A DNA stretch of 57,077 nucleotides, filler included, from Sphacelaria rigidula (GCA_964200075.2; 7 parts of 7 records of this genome joined end to end with filler, not necessarily neighbours in it), one strand, 5' to 3'; positions 22,571 through 35,754 are shown, numbered from the whole stretch's first letter. Notes: generated by a model not told the origin, from the sequence alone. Numbers and translations are program-made.

Positions 22571-24250
22571 ATCCGAGCACTTAGCTCTGTGGGCACGGCC
22601 GCAAGCGCCGAGGAGATTTCTTTGATCAAGAACTCGCTGCTGCAGGTGCGCATTCTACACTTTGTGAGGGGAGGAGTGGAGCATAGGTACAACAGAGCAG
22701 GTACCCCGGGGCACGCACGCGAAGGGCCAGCGCCACGAAATATGCCTTGAAGCTGCGGAATTACGAAGCGAAAATATGGAATGAAAACCCAACCCGACTA
22801 GGCCGGCGTTCTTGTTTTGTTAGGTGGCCGCGATGACGGAAAGAGGACAGCTTGCATCGCCGGATCAACGGAATGATGTCGATCTTTTGGTGGACCGCCT
22901 GGAGGCTCTCAAGATAGAAGGACCAGATTACAACGACGAGGACATGGTGAGCTAGCTTCGAAGCTTTCCCCGTTGTCGAATCACGATGGTCACCACTTTC
23001 GTACCAGCTGTCTTTGAGTGGCTCGTCAATAATAGTGGATCATGCTATTAGAAGGGGCTTTACTTACGCCAACTTGTGACGTCTCATCCGTTGCTATTGA
23101 TCATGTTACGCTCTGCGATTGTAAACGTTTCAGCTGCCAAAGGTCAAAACTGTGATGCTGAGCTCCAGCTGTGAAAAAATATGGAGAAGAGTCTGGGCGT
23201 TCTCTTTCTGCACCGCTCATGCTGCTTCACGAATAACTTGATCGTTTTGTGTAGCACCAACCAACGTCGCTGATGTTTGATGAATGAATGCTTCAGGTGG
23301 GAGTTTGGACTCTGGTATACTCGTCGTCGCAAGCGTTTCGTTCCAGTCCTTTTTTCGCAACGTTTCAAGCGCTTCTGGGACAGGAGGGAGTCGCCGAGAA
23401 GATTTTCTCCTTCACGGACGGATTCCCGAACGCCAAAATAGGCCAAGCGCGACAGATCGTCAACGAAGATTGCACAGAATTGGTGTCTCGCGTCGAGATG
23501 TCCCTGTGGCCTCACAGGTCTGTGTAGGTAGCACGATGCGCAGAATCGGGTGGTCTGTCACGAACCAGGAGTGTTTGCGTTTTTTCTGTGGCTCAGAACA
23601 GACGAGATTAATGATTCGTGCGTAGTACCTGAGAATTCCACACAACAGCTACTCACGCCGTTGGCAACGAATACATTTCAATCGTCGGCGGGCAAGCAAG
23701 GGTCGTCAAACTTTCAACCCCTGCTCTTCTTCGGGGCGAGGCTTTGATCTTGAGGAATAACCCATCACCAGCCTGGTACACGCCCAACATATTTGTGCCG
23801 TACATTCGATGAGCACGCCCGCACCGCGTTGGCTCTCGCCAAATAAAGTGTGTTTGCTACTCACGTCCTCACGTTTTTAAATATGGGAATCAGATACTCC
23901 TCATAAGAATCCAAACGCATCTACCGGGCTTCGAATCCGCATTATCCCGCGCTATCTGGTTTCCGTTGGACCAATCGGACCATCGGGGCGCGGTGGCAGG
24001 GTGTATGGGGGGCAATCAGTGCAGTTCGGTGAGTCTCGCACTTGAATCCCTGCGCCATCTTGTCAATGCATGACTCTCGCTGCAGGTGGGTATCTGGAGT
24101 GGTGGAGACCCGGTCGAGGATCGTTAACGACGATGTCGGCGAGCGATTAGAGGTTATCGTTGACGACACTAGGGTAAAAGACTCCATCTTGGGGAAAATC
24201 AGTCCGCGACTGGAAGGCTGGCGAGTGCCCGTTGACCAACTTTCTGAAAG
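22571..24250 (+). CDS. PAP/fibrillin-family plastid lipid-associated protein, internal exons 22571-22645, 22824-22946, 23297-23517 and 24086-24250
   Basis: All introns GT-AG with compatible phases (0,0,2). Splices to ...EEISLIKNSLLQVAAMTERGQLASPDQRNDVDLLVDRLEALKIEGPDYNDEDMVGVWTLVYSSSQAFRSSPFF..., showing the fibrillin T-x-R-G, LEA and G-x-W-x-L-x-Y motifs. Confidence 0.88.
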
Positions 24251-24406
24251 GTAACATTAATGCTGGACGGGGGCGGGATGTTATCATCGTCTTGCATGCC
24301 GCAGTCATGTGGCCACTGATGCTGGACGGGGGGGGGGGCGTACTCATTTGTTGCTTGCCTTAGTCATTTGACCATTGACCACGCATCCCTTTCGAGACGA
24401 AGCTTC

Positions 24407-24506
24407 NNNNNNNNNNNNNNNNNNNNNNNNNNNNNNNNNNNNNNNNNNNNTTAATTAATTAANNNNNNNNNNNNNNNNNNNNNNNNNNNNNNNNNNNNNN
24501 NNNNNN
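24407..24506. other. Artificial contig linker
   Basis: N44-TTAATTAATTAA-N44. Confidence 0.99.
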
Positions 24507-24972
24507 AAAACAGAACAGACAAATGGCAACAGATGTGGAAAACGAAAAGGGGAGTCAACCAGCCGCACCGGGGGGGGGGGGGGGACGGGGGGGGGGGGGG
24601 GGGGGGGGGGGGGGTGGCATGTGGACACGAAAACAAGGAGTTGGGTATTGAAAGGATATGACACGCGGGTCAGAGAAAAGTGGCGAGAGGAGATTCGGGG
24701 GGAATGTGAGGAGGAATCTTATTTTCTGGTGACCAGCAGCGAACACACATGCGCCCGAAAAAACACGGCTCTGAAAATAAAACGGAGAAAAAATACAACA
24801 AAACGCATAGAAAAAGGGTGATACGCCGCTTTTCTCCTCCGCAGTAATTATAACTCGAGAAATATGCGCCTTTTTTTTACCAGGAAACAAGGGCAAAAAC
24901 GAGACAAACCAGTCCAGTTTCTTGTCCTGCGTTCAAGGAATGATATATTGAGTAATATTTCTGCAAACGCAC

Positions 24973-27266
24973 CTCCCCAGTGGCTAGTTTGGCGGGCAGA
25001 TCCATGCCCTTAGTGGCGGCAAGAGCGGTGGCCTTTTGATAAGCGTACAGAGTGCCCAAGGCGTTTCCGGCACCCCCGGGCCAGTCCTCGTACACCGCCA
25101 GGACGGTCGCGTGGGCTGCTACGGAAGAACCCCTGTTTCAATGATGGCATACGGCGGGATGAGGCGATGATTAATGTTTGGTTTGTTACGCCGGTGGCGT
25201 GTAGTGGTCAGGGAGAACTTCGAGTTAGTACCCGGTTCTTGTGAGTACGATGGTCTCGAGGTCAACGAGAGTGAGCGATCGTACGAACTCGTGCGTAGTT
25301 CTATATCTCGACTGTACTCAATGGTGTTGTACTGTTGCTGTACCGTACCGCCGTTGTCCTCTGATCAACGGCTGAATTAGTTACAACAATGCCGAGTACA
25401 GTGGCATAGTGCCCTTCCTCTACAGAGAAGCAAGGGAGTAGAAACTGGTCCCATCTCTGCCCCCGCCTCAATTATGTTCGAACCCCTGAAAATTAGCCGG
25501 TGAGACTGCTGCGAAGCGATGCCAGAGGTTGAAGAATCACGGTGCAAGGGGTGGGGGCGGGGGTAAACATCTCGCTTCAGGTGAACTGATGCCACGTCAA
25601 CATTTGACTCAACACAACATGTAGAGGGCGTTGTTTTCGAACATGATCCAGGCACGTTGTGCCCCTAGCCCCTTCTGCTTGAAAGACTCTTCCGGAGTGG
25701 TACTCTAGAATCTGTCCGTGACGTGGGAGATTTGCTTCCTCCGGTGTAAGATTACACACGCGGCCATTCGGCTCCTGTTTCAAAACCCTCCATCGTGCTT
25801 TCCATCCTCTGGAGGGTAAAATAGCCCTTCGGACTGCTCCGGAGGATGAAATGTCACTTGGTGGTTCAAGTGTCGATCTGACGTGCGAACTCCAGAGGCA
25901 AATCTTCACCCTGGAGAGAATTGTTTGCCCAATTTTCCCCAGAGGCACCCTCAGCAAAACCATGTGCCCTCTGGCGACTTCGTCAATTGTGCACCCCAGG
26001 GGCATCATGAACCACCAGATGATATTTCATCCACATGGAGGGCCATTTGTCCCTTCAGAGGATGAAAATCACGATAGGATATTTCAAGCAGGAGTCGAAT
26101 GGCCGCGTGTGTGCCAATGAGTGGGAGGCGTCTTTTTGGTCGTGCCACGGTGTACTTCACAGTGTGCCTTGTGAAAGCACCCCGCATCAAATTGTAGAGC
26201 AAATGTAGCACGGGGAGGGTGGGGGGGACTCAATACCCTACACCAGCGAATGTTCACACAAGGTGAACTCATCTCTTGTATCAGTAGTTTTCTTCCCTCC
26301 AGTTTTCCAACCCGCGAATGATCACTGATAACGACATGTACTGTACCTCAAAAAGACAGGGGGTGTACTCATGATTTTGCATGCCATATAATATCATCAT
26401 ATGTCATCTGATAATCAACCTCGCATCAACATAAAGCCGGGACGGAGCACGCCCGGTTCTCACCGGACCAGGCTCGCAATCAGTCACCGGTAGCGAAGCG
26501 CCGTGTTGTCTTCGACGAGTCGCATGAATGGTGAGCTGCATCCTGCTAAGATTGTTCGGCCCGAAGCCTTCTGATTATCTTAAATTTGGATTACAGCCTA
26601 CAATGAGTTGATTCATTTTCAAGTATCCCCACTTTCAGACAGAGCCACGACTTATACATTGCCTCATGGAAGTTTCACCATTCGCACACTGCGTTGTACG
26701 AGCATCGCCCTTGCGCGGAATGGAGATTTCCCCACCCCGCACAAGATGATCTAGCTCGACCACCACCACGGGTTGCCTAGCTTACGCGGTGAATGGCATA
26801 TTCGACAGCGTCATCGCCAATAGACGCCAATACCGTAGGGGATCTGCCTCTATAAAGCCGTGACGGAGCACACTGGATTCTCGCCGGACACGGCTGACAG
26901 GAGGGAGCGGACTCCTGCCAGTGCGTGTCCGGTATCAAAGGGCCATGATATCAGAGCACGTGAAAAAATATACGGGAACGCACCACACCAAACGTGCACC
27001 TAAAATACGACACACATATGCGGGCAAAAAAACACGGTGTCATCGAAGGAACATCAGCGCAGGTCAACCCCGGGTATATAATCCATGATCATAGAAAAGG
27101 TGCACACGAAAAACAAAGACACTCACTTGGCGGCCTCAAGTCGCTGCTGCCAGTAGGATGCCTGGGGGTCGTTGTTGGTGCATACGATCACCACATCGAA
27201 GCCCTCCACCTTGTTCATCTTGGCCACGTTACCCTTCAGCATTGCCTTCACCCCCTCGCTAGACAT
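24973..27266 (-). CDS. Uncharacterised protein with an FPGT/sugar-1-phosphate nucleotidyltransferase-like N-terminus, 5' partial: exons 27127-27266 and 24973-25132
   Basis: AACC-ATG start, AA|gtgagt ... aaacag|G phase-2 junction, GAG|gtgcgt donor. Protein MSSEGVKAMLKGNVAKMNKVEGFDVVIVCTNNDPQASYWQQRLEAAKGSSVAAHATVLAVYEDWPGGAGNALGTLYAYQKATALAATKGMDLPAKLATGE. Gene structure is solid, function is inferred. Confidence 0.8.
26360..26685 (+). repeat. Copy of the 300-330 bp dispersed repeat, intronic
   Basis: Aligns with 9312-9610. Confidence 0.85.
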
Positions 27267-28007
27267 GGTTGCCTTCTAGATTTATTTAGCTACTGGAGGG
27301 GTTGGGTGTCCAAACGTCTGAGGGGTTTTGCCCGAAAATCAGAGAGGAAAACGTTTGCAAACGTTTCGCGGTGGCGCGATGTGAGGAAGACAGGGGACAA
27401 CGGGGAAGGAGGCGTCGTCTGAGTCAGTTGATGGCTTTGTCTCGCTAGAGTAGACAAGTTTTTGAAAATGTAACAGAGTCTAGGGAAAGCACCAGGCCTT
27501 CCTCACCAAGAAAATTGGGGTTGAGTCTCTCATCGTCCTGGGTAAAGTGAGTTTTCGCCGAGCGGAAAGTATCATGATACTGGACGATACAAACGGGCCT
27601 TCGTTAGTATCTCGTCAAACTGATTGCTTCACTCGACATGAACAGAGCTGTCGTGACAAAACAGTACAGCGCAGTGCAGTACAGTATTTTGGTGCTGAGT
27701 TCACAACATTCCAGTCAGGACCGCATGCGTGGATCATCTCAGCAGATGGAAACACGAAGTGTGGTGCAATTGCCACGTGTCTCCTCTCTATTGCCTCCCC
27801 CAACCCCCCTCGCTTCTCTGCAGGCAGATTGATCGCTTGATTGCCGCACATCAACCGGCCCGCTATGAATGTAACCGCCGTCGAAAGCTGGATACATCCG
27901 ACGTGAACCAAAGGTTGCGGCATCGAAGTTCAAAATCTGCAACTTTCACATCCAACGTTGTCTCCTTTTTTCTTCACACAAATACTTTTTTTTTCCCCTC
28001 ACACTCA

Positions 28008-28270
28008 AAGCCTCTCCCCTTCCTCGGGATGAGGCCATGGTCTCAAGGGATCCACCCATCTCTTCCCCGGTACGTGCCTTACATTTTGGTCTCGCGGATT
28101 GGGTCAACTCACGTCACACAAATCCAGTCGACTGTTTTTGTTTACTCACGTTCTCCCGCTTTCCACGGTGGAAATTGTACATTACGAAGAAAAAACCCAA
28201 CGCATTGGGGATTGAACCCTGTCCTCTCCACCCTAGTGGCGAAATTCGGACCATTACACCACCGGGACGC
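28008..28270 (-). mobile_element. tRNA-derived SINE, best-preserved head
   Basis: Minus strand reads GCGTCCCGGTGGTGTAATGGTCCGAATTTCGCCACTAGGGTGGAGAGGACAGGGTTCAATCCCC (A and B boxes), followed by the family body. Confidence 0.82.
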
Positions 28271-29949
28271 GGCGGCTCGGAACAAGACCGATGCGAGCAC
28301 TTTTGCACACTTCACCATCGGACTGTCCAAGATTAGGGTGAGGGGTAAAGTGCTTGTACTGCGATCGGCGCGCTGTATCGATCCTGTCATCGACAGCATG
28401 TTGACGACACTGGGATGACTCTGTACGATTACCGAAATTCTTTATCCGATCGGATGATACGTGACTTCGAATATACTACGGTCCAAGAGAGGCGGAGTAC
28501 AACCACTATGTGACAATGGCACACAATCTGTCCTACGGACCAACTAGAAATCGAGACGAGCGATGGTACACAGAAAGGAGAACGCTAGCTCTGATTGTTC
28601 ACGTCATCATTCCGATTTCGGTCATACTTGTTCCATCGCCCGGGAAAATTGCATGCACTCCCCCGCGCCCCCCGTCGGGGGCGTGACTGCCCACCGAGCA
28701 ACTCATCACGTAGTTTGCATTTCCTGCGAACTCCGTCTCGGAACAGTACCAATAATGACGGTAAGGTAAGTGAACAGGGGGTGTGGGGTGTGGAGTGTGG
28801 GGGGGTATTGTACCCCTTGTAGGTGCGGAGGCGGGACATAGTCGAGGACCCGTGTAGCATTCCATTAGATACCCGAGGCAATCGCGGACCAAGGAAACTT
28901 ACAAATAGTTTGACGTACGATCTCTGTCCGATGTGAGCAAATATCAGCGACGGTACTGAGAAGGCGAGCCCACGTGAGTGATGACGGGTGTGAGAGATCG
29001 GGCTCATGTACGGAAATAAAAGTAAAAAACGTGAGGGGAAAAGATGTGTAAAATCGGCACAATAAAATAGCGGCCAAGAAGGTAATGAGCTGATCCTTTG
29101 AAACTACGGAGTCGTCCCGACGAAGGGGGGATGTTGAAATTGTGACGGCGGAAGACATGAAGCAGAGCAGAGTCAGCGGCCGACGCCGAGCGTACACCCG
29201 TTGCCCCACATGAACTTTCATGACACGTTCATCGCGACAAGATCTGCACACCCTGGATAATAAATAGACGACGTTGTCGAAAAGTGTGCTGCGTACAACA
29301 GTACAGTATCGACTACTGCATATATTAGAATATACTCAGTAAATGTCTATTCTACACTGTACGCAGTACAATTTGTATGATGTAACTTCTCGTCGAGGGT
29401 GTGAACATCTGTAGCTCCGGTAAAATGGTCACAGTCATTACTGTCTTGGAACGACAGAGGTTTCGAGTACGGCGGGATAAACACGAAAAAAATCTTCCCA
29501 GCATCTCTGTGTTCGTGCGAACGGGCAGGCGTGTTTTGTAAAAGACATCAGCCCAGAAAAAACCATATCCATCCCGTTCACGTCAAAGCGAAGGGGCGAA
29601 ATACGTTCAACTCGAAAATGCATCGATCAACCACACGCAAAGAGCGGCCACTGCACCCTTGTAGACTAATACCAAGATACGTGAGCGAAGTTGTTGACGA
29701 TGGAACCGTTCGGGTGCCACCAGATTGACATCTGAGGTCTCTTTGTCCAAGTAAATACGATACCTGTCCAACGACCAAGCAGATGGCTCAGCCTATAACC
29801 CGGGAAAGTCACACGGTTGAGAAACAGACGACAGTGCGTGCATAATTCAGGGATGAGGACCAGAGATTGCGCAGTACAGTGTAATTGATGAGGGGGGGCA
29901 GGGGGGCAGAGACGAGCTGCTGAGCTACTGTCAGCGTCGGGTGAACTGG

Positions 29950-31358
29950 CGTTGGAGGTTACTCGACATTCGTCGTGCCGAAAGGAGGGCTGACGTGGAA
30001 GGGGCAACTCCCCCGAGAAATTGCCGAAGTTACAGACGCAGAGGGTGGCAACCGGTACTGGTCTCTGGATCTGCGTACATTTGTTGTGTTCTGTTATCTC
30101 GGTGTCTGTACGAGTATAAGCAGTTTGTTCTCATATTGTACGTGTTGAATAGGATTCGGTACTTGCAAGGACTACAAAACGCCGACGTTGATACTGGTAC
30201 AACAGAGAGATCCTCCGCCACAATTGAGACGAAACTACTGTAATGTGAGCACGACGACATGTGAGCACTTTACGGTCGTGCTCGACTCGTGTCACTCGTA
30301 CAGCAAGCCTGCAACTTTCCAGTCTCCAGCGTTCAACAACGTGGTGGAGGCGGCAGTAGGTACCTCGTGTCAGGTGAACGTCTCGCGGCATGTCGGAAAT
30401 GCTTTGTGCGGCTCTGGTGAATGCTACTGATGAGACGGAACAAATTCCGCTCACGTGTGGTATGTTCTTTCTTACAATCGAATCTGAAACACTCGTGTGA
30501 TCCGTTCGCTTGTATCCCGTGAGGGAAGCTGACGAAAAGCAGTCAAAAAGACGGGACACGGCGCAAAATGCTGTCACCAGCTTTGCAATCCAAGGAGGCC
30601 CGCTCCAGAAGCATGGGAGGACGGTGATGGGCGGGCTGTCTGAAAAATGGAGTGCATGCATGGAGGTCGGTCCGGCTATGTCGTGTGTGGCGAACTGTTA
30701 TCAAGGTTCGATCCTACACAGCCTGCCCAGTCAAGAAACAAACAGGTACATCTTCTGGGCGGATGGATACTGAAAAACCACAATTCTCATGTGCCCTTTC
30801 ACACAATTTCTGAACGAACAAATGAATTGTTTCGGGGCGCCTGTCTCTGCACTGCATACTTCTACGATGTCGACTACTGCGGTCTGGGCGCTTGCACACA
30901 TGGAGAAAGTGCTCCGAGACTAATCAGAACAAATTGTAGTGACTGTTGATGCTGTCCTCAAAACAAGGCATCACGCGTATTCACACGCCGCGAACGCACA
31001 GCAAACACGGAAGTAGTCGCACAGCCGAAACTGACAACACTCATCTTATCTTTGCACAATTATCAGGAAACACATTGCCATGATTATCTCAGCCTCAACT
31101 GAGTACAACACAGCACATACCTGGCGTCTGGGATGATACACAGAACAGCAGCGCGAGCTTGTGCGTGGTACAGGTAACGTCCGGTCGAATATGCGCTCCA
31201 TGCGGTCCCCACAAACACCAGCTATCTTCTTGTTTTGCATTTCCATACAGGTTCTTCGACTCAAACCCGCGGTGGTAGTTTGCGAATATGACCAACGGGA
31301 CTTGATGAATGTTTTATCCGTCGTGAAGGAAATGAACAAGACAAATGTTTCATTGTGA
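29950..31358 (+). pseudogene. Possible decayed spliced gene of unknown family with short introns
   Basis: Candidate introns of about 77 nt (about 30075-30151 and 31173-31250) join protein-like segments such as GGLTWKGQLPREIAEVTDAEGGNRYWSLDL-R-FGTCKDYKTPTLILVQQ. Stops and frameshifts elsewhere. Confidence 0.3.
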
Positions 31359-31522
31359 AATTATCTCTAGATCGGTCCGACCCCCCCACTGGATCAAGCT
31401 ATCTAGAACATAGATAGCACAACAGTACATAGAAAAAGGACCCAGTAGCGCTAGCACTTATTGACTACACGTGAATTCAGTCGGAGTGAAGGGAAAATAA
31501 TTTTTTATCGAGCATCATCAAT

Positions 31523-32090
31523 ATGCCCCGTGGCCCAGCAGCATCAGGGGGCTACAGTACACTTCCCGACTCACCCAGCACTAGTGGTGCATCACAGTCA
31601 CAACAGCGACAACAGGGACAACCTCCCCCGGTCCCTCCTGCAGCAGCAGCAGCAGCAGCATCCGCTACAACGACAGCAGGGGCAGCCACTGCTAGAAGCA
31701 ATGCGTATGGCATTCTACCCGTCGCGGAACCTACAGAGCAAGACAACTTTGTTGATCATCAACAAGCCGGCACAGCACAATCATCGTCTCCTGCAGCAAC
31801 AGCCGGGGAAGCAAAGAAGAAAAGGCATGTTGGCGGAGGCGAAAAAGATAAAGCAGCGGCACCCGCTGCTGCTGCTGCTGCTGCTGATCTAACAGGAGGC
31901 TTGCCGACTACGGAAGGCGTGTATGTGGGATCACCCGTCACCCCGCAACAACCAATACAGCAGCACACTATGCCTCGTATGCCAAGGACAGTTGCGCCGC
32001 ACACCGGAGCAACAGTGCTGCACGCACCCGGCGGCGGTGACGGAAACGGCATGATTGACGTGGGCCTGTCTCAACCTCCGTATAACCCAG
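31523..32090 (+). CDS. Probable first coding exon of a protein with a low-complexity A/Q/P-rich N-terminus, function unknown
   Basis: 189 open codons from ATG with poly-Ala/Gln tracts, ending at donor CCAG|gtgggt. Confidence 0.65.
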
Positions 32091-32574
32091 GTGGGTGCTA
32101 TCATCTACCAGACTAGATAAGTATCACGGACCCACGTACGGTGATGTACATTAATATCGAATACCTCAGGCAGTTAGTTGGTTTTGAAACAACAGGCGTA
32201 AGGAGCTGTTTTTTCAAGGCTCTTTGTTTTTTTCCACAACGCAAAAGGTGAAGAGCAGTGATGGATTTCGTCTCGAAATATCCTCATCGTCACCGTATCC
32301 AAAACGTTTCGATAAAAATATGAATCGTGCGGTGTGATACTCGTATTGGGTTCAGTCGAATCTGGACACGTCCTCTCCTGGGCTGGGAGATCTTGATGAG
32401 GCAAATTTCGATGGGAAGTAAACCCATATATCCCGATTTTCTTGCCTCCAGCGGCCCCTTCCGCGGGGCCTCCTCATGAGCGGGGGGGGGGGGGGGGGGG
32501 GGGTGGGGGGACTATGAGGAAGAAATATACTCTTCCAGCAATGAAAAAGAATAAAACAAAAACAAAAGGGGCGG

Positions 32575-32674
32575 NNNNNNNNNNNNNNNNNNNNNNNNNN
32601 NNNNNNNNNNNNNNNNNNTTAATTAATTAANNNNNNNNNNNNNNNNNNNNNNNNNNNNNNNNNNNNNNNNNNNN
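32575..32674. other. Artificial contig linker
   Basis: N44-TTAATTAATTAA-N44. Confidence 0.99.
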
Positions 32675-32953
32675 AACCCCGAAAACTGAACCCTGAGAAG
32701 AGACATGCGCAGCAACTCAGGATTAATTTTCAAAATTTCAAAATCTGAGTTGCTGAACACCCCAAAGCGTTGGTGCCACACTCAGGGTTATGAAACGGAA
32801 CTAGACTCCCTGCCCCATAACGACCAAGCTTACAGAACACAGTCGTGGGACAAATATCGTAAGTGAGGCGATGGCGAATGCCGTGAACGCCCACGACAGC
32901 GCTGGTGATGGCAGCTCGTTCACGAGGGTGAACCAAGACTACGAGGAACACTT

Positions 32954-33218
32954 GGAGGCGAACGGAGGAGCCGAGACACCAGTCGACCTGGCTTATGATG
33001 ATGCGAAAGGGCGAGAGTCGGCTGCTCAAGCAGCTGCTACGAGGACTTGACAAAATGGCCAATCAACGTGAAGCTTGCGTTCGCTCGCGCAGGTACACCA
33101 CCGTTGTGTGGCCATTTTGTCGAGATCCTAGTAGCGGCTGCATGAGTGGCCCACTACAGCCCTTCCACGTCATCTTTAGCCAGGTCGACAGGTGTCTCTG
33201 TTCCCCTGTTCGCCTCCA
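32954..33218. repeat. Imperfect inverted repeat, arms about 115 bp
   Basis: TGGAGGCGAAC..GAGACACCAGTCGACCTGGCT..GACAAAATGGCCA mirrored by TGGCCATTTTGTC..AGCCAGGTCGACAGGTGTCTC..GTTCGCCTCCA. Confidence 0.88.
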
Positions 33219-35754
33219 CGCAGCTAGGATTACTGCGTATAGTGAGCCTTCATCGGGAACTCCTGTACTTTGTCATAGTATGCAAACGTACGCACACGGG
33301 CATGTGCACACTTTTACTACAGACAGTAACACAGTACACAGCAGCACTTACTACAGGAAGCATACAAAACTGTCTACAGACAGAGCAAGAACAGTACTAC
33401 AGTACAGTACAGCACAACTCTCAACTGTCTCAACTCAAAAGTGCCTTACGACACACCGACATGTGCAGGACTTGTGAATGACTAGCGGGCGACTAGATGC
33501 ACTGCCTGTGTGCCCAACGCTATGTACTGTGCCGGGTTCGTATCCGGAAGCTGTGTTGACGATACTGTGTGTCTGCATTACCATCCCCTCCGTTCTGGGT
33601 GCCAGTCTACACCTCGCGGTATATGTGGGCACACCAGCCGGGGTCACACAGGAAGAGTGCCAACACAGGAGTTTTTTTCCTTTTCGGCTTGTTTTCAGTA
33701 CTCCACCTTTCTTCTGCGATGCTTGCCTTTATATTTTATCGCGAGAGGGGTTCAGCAGTCTTCTCTCCTCGTCGACCGTCAAGTCGAATATACTGCTGTC
33801 ACGTATTCAACGGTACGGGGACAGCATAAACAACTGAAGTCATGCTAGGATAGGACGGGGGGTATCGTGGGTCGTTGCTTCCACTAAATTCAACTTCGGA
33901 TCGATTTAAGGAGCAACGATCTTCAGAACGGGCGTGTTATCGATAAATAACGCTCATCCATACTGCTTGACGCCGTTTTACCCAAATGCACGCGCACAGC
34001 GAGTGTGTCGGATTGTCCGAAACATCTATGAGTCTTTTTCACCTGGAATCAAACACCCAACCTATGGTAGCACGGCTCTGTACATGCTCCCCCGCGCTGT
34101 ACGGGTAACAGCGCATGGGTGGCCGCAGAGTATAGGCTTTTGCTTCTTAAACTGTGCAATAACGATATGTTACATGACAGAAGAATGCTGTATCAGGTGT
34201 GTCACAACCCTTGGACCGCCAGGGTGTGGTCATGTTCATCTAGGTGGCCTACGCTGACGGTAAAGGGTTGGCTAGATCGCGTAGCTAGATATTGACCGCA
34301 ATATTTCATGATAGTGCCGTTATTTACTTGCGAGCATCTCCGCAGCGATATTTTTGATCATGTACCAGGAGCAAAATGGATCAACTGAGCACCCGGGGGT
34401 GTTATTTCACAAAATGACCGTCAGCTACGATTTACATTTTTACATGGGGACGGATCGCGATTCGCACAGCCCGAACCCATGAAGTACACTACTATCTCCA
34501 ATAACAGTTTACTACAACGAGGTGGTGAATTCATGCAGAGCAGCCGGCTACTGGTAGTAAAACGCCAAGGGCACGCGGTACTGACGTACTGAGAGTACAT
34601 CAGTGCAGGGCAGTACAACGGCAGTGCAGTATGGCTAATTGTATTCGTACAAGTGCAACACAAATACAAGTGCAACACAAGGAGATGTCCTGTACTATTA
34701 CAGTATACCAACGGTTTTGACGTTCTGGCCCAAGAGGACCTGAGCACCGAAAGACTTCGGACAGCTGTGACTAGGAGACGAGCAATATAAAAGTGCTTGG
34801 AATGCTCTTGCGTGCGCGGTGCGCGGTTTTTTCGTGCCGTCATCCTGCACACCGCGTGGTACGCAGCGGTCGCACAGTTGCTGTTTACTGCTGATGATTT
34901 TAAGGTGACACATGGACGATCAAAAGAAGCAAAAGACCGCAACCGGCTCTTTTTGTCATGTTGAAAGTACGGGAATTACAGCGCGTCAACACTGCACCCA
35001 TCACTCCCGACTTGTACCACTACACTTCCGGTGTTGATGCTCGACTCTTGACACATATCCATTTCTCTTGCGAGATACAGCACAAATATATAAAGACGGG
35101 CCAATATTTGCATACCTCGCCTCGTTTACTGCAACCTGGTTGTCATTGTCAGTGAGGGTGTCGGGAAGCAGATACTGGCATAGTAGTGAGTGCGTGTACG
35201 GGACAACACTACGGTCACAAAATAACAAGTGTTGACGTGCATATACCACCACTCTAGAATAAATATAACCTTACCTGACGTTGATATCCTTGGCGAAGCA
35301 CCACGAGTTTCTCGAACGGGTAGCTATGATACGGCGGGTGCGACAAAAGAGGGTTGCAACTACACCCTACGCCTGGCTGTATTTACATGCATGCTTGATC
35401 CTACGTAGGCGTGTTGGACGTACGTGATAGTAGACCTCGGATGACAACAGCATTGGCAGAAGGATTGGGATGCAGAGGGTAGCACCAGGTCGAGCTAAGG
35501 GTACACTATCATAGAAGTGTAGCGCTATACTATCTTAAAACATTCGAACTTCCACTTATACTGCTACCCATCGCGTGCGCAAGCTCCTTCTGAACGATCG
35601 TCACCGATCAGGCAGAGGGCAACGCGATCACTGATACCCCGAAGAACAACGACAAACATCAACTTGCAGTCGAGCAACAACATCGGCGGACGAGATACAT
35701 CATCTGTACTGTTTACAAAAGCAGTACCTATCGCAAGCGAGGAAAAGTAGCACT

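Noticed and set aside
28200..28270. Functional tRNA gene
   Set aside because: A and B boxes are present but there is no complete acceptor or anticodon stem, and it continues into a multicopy SINE body
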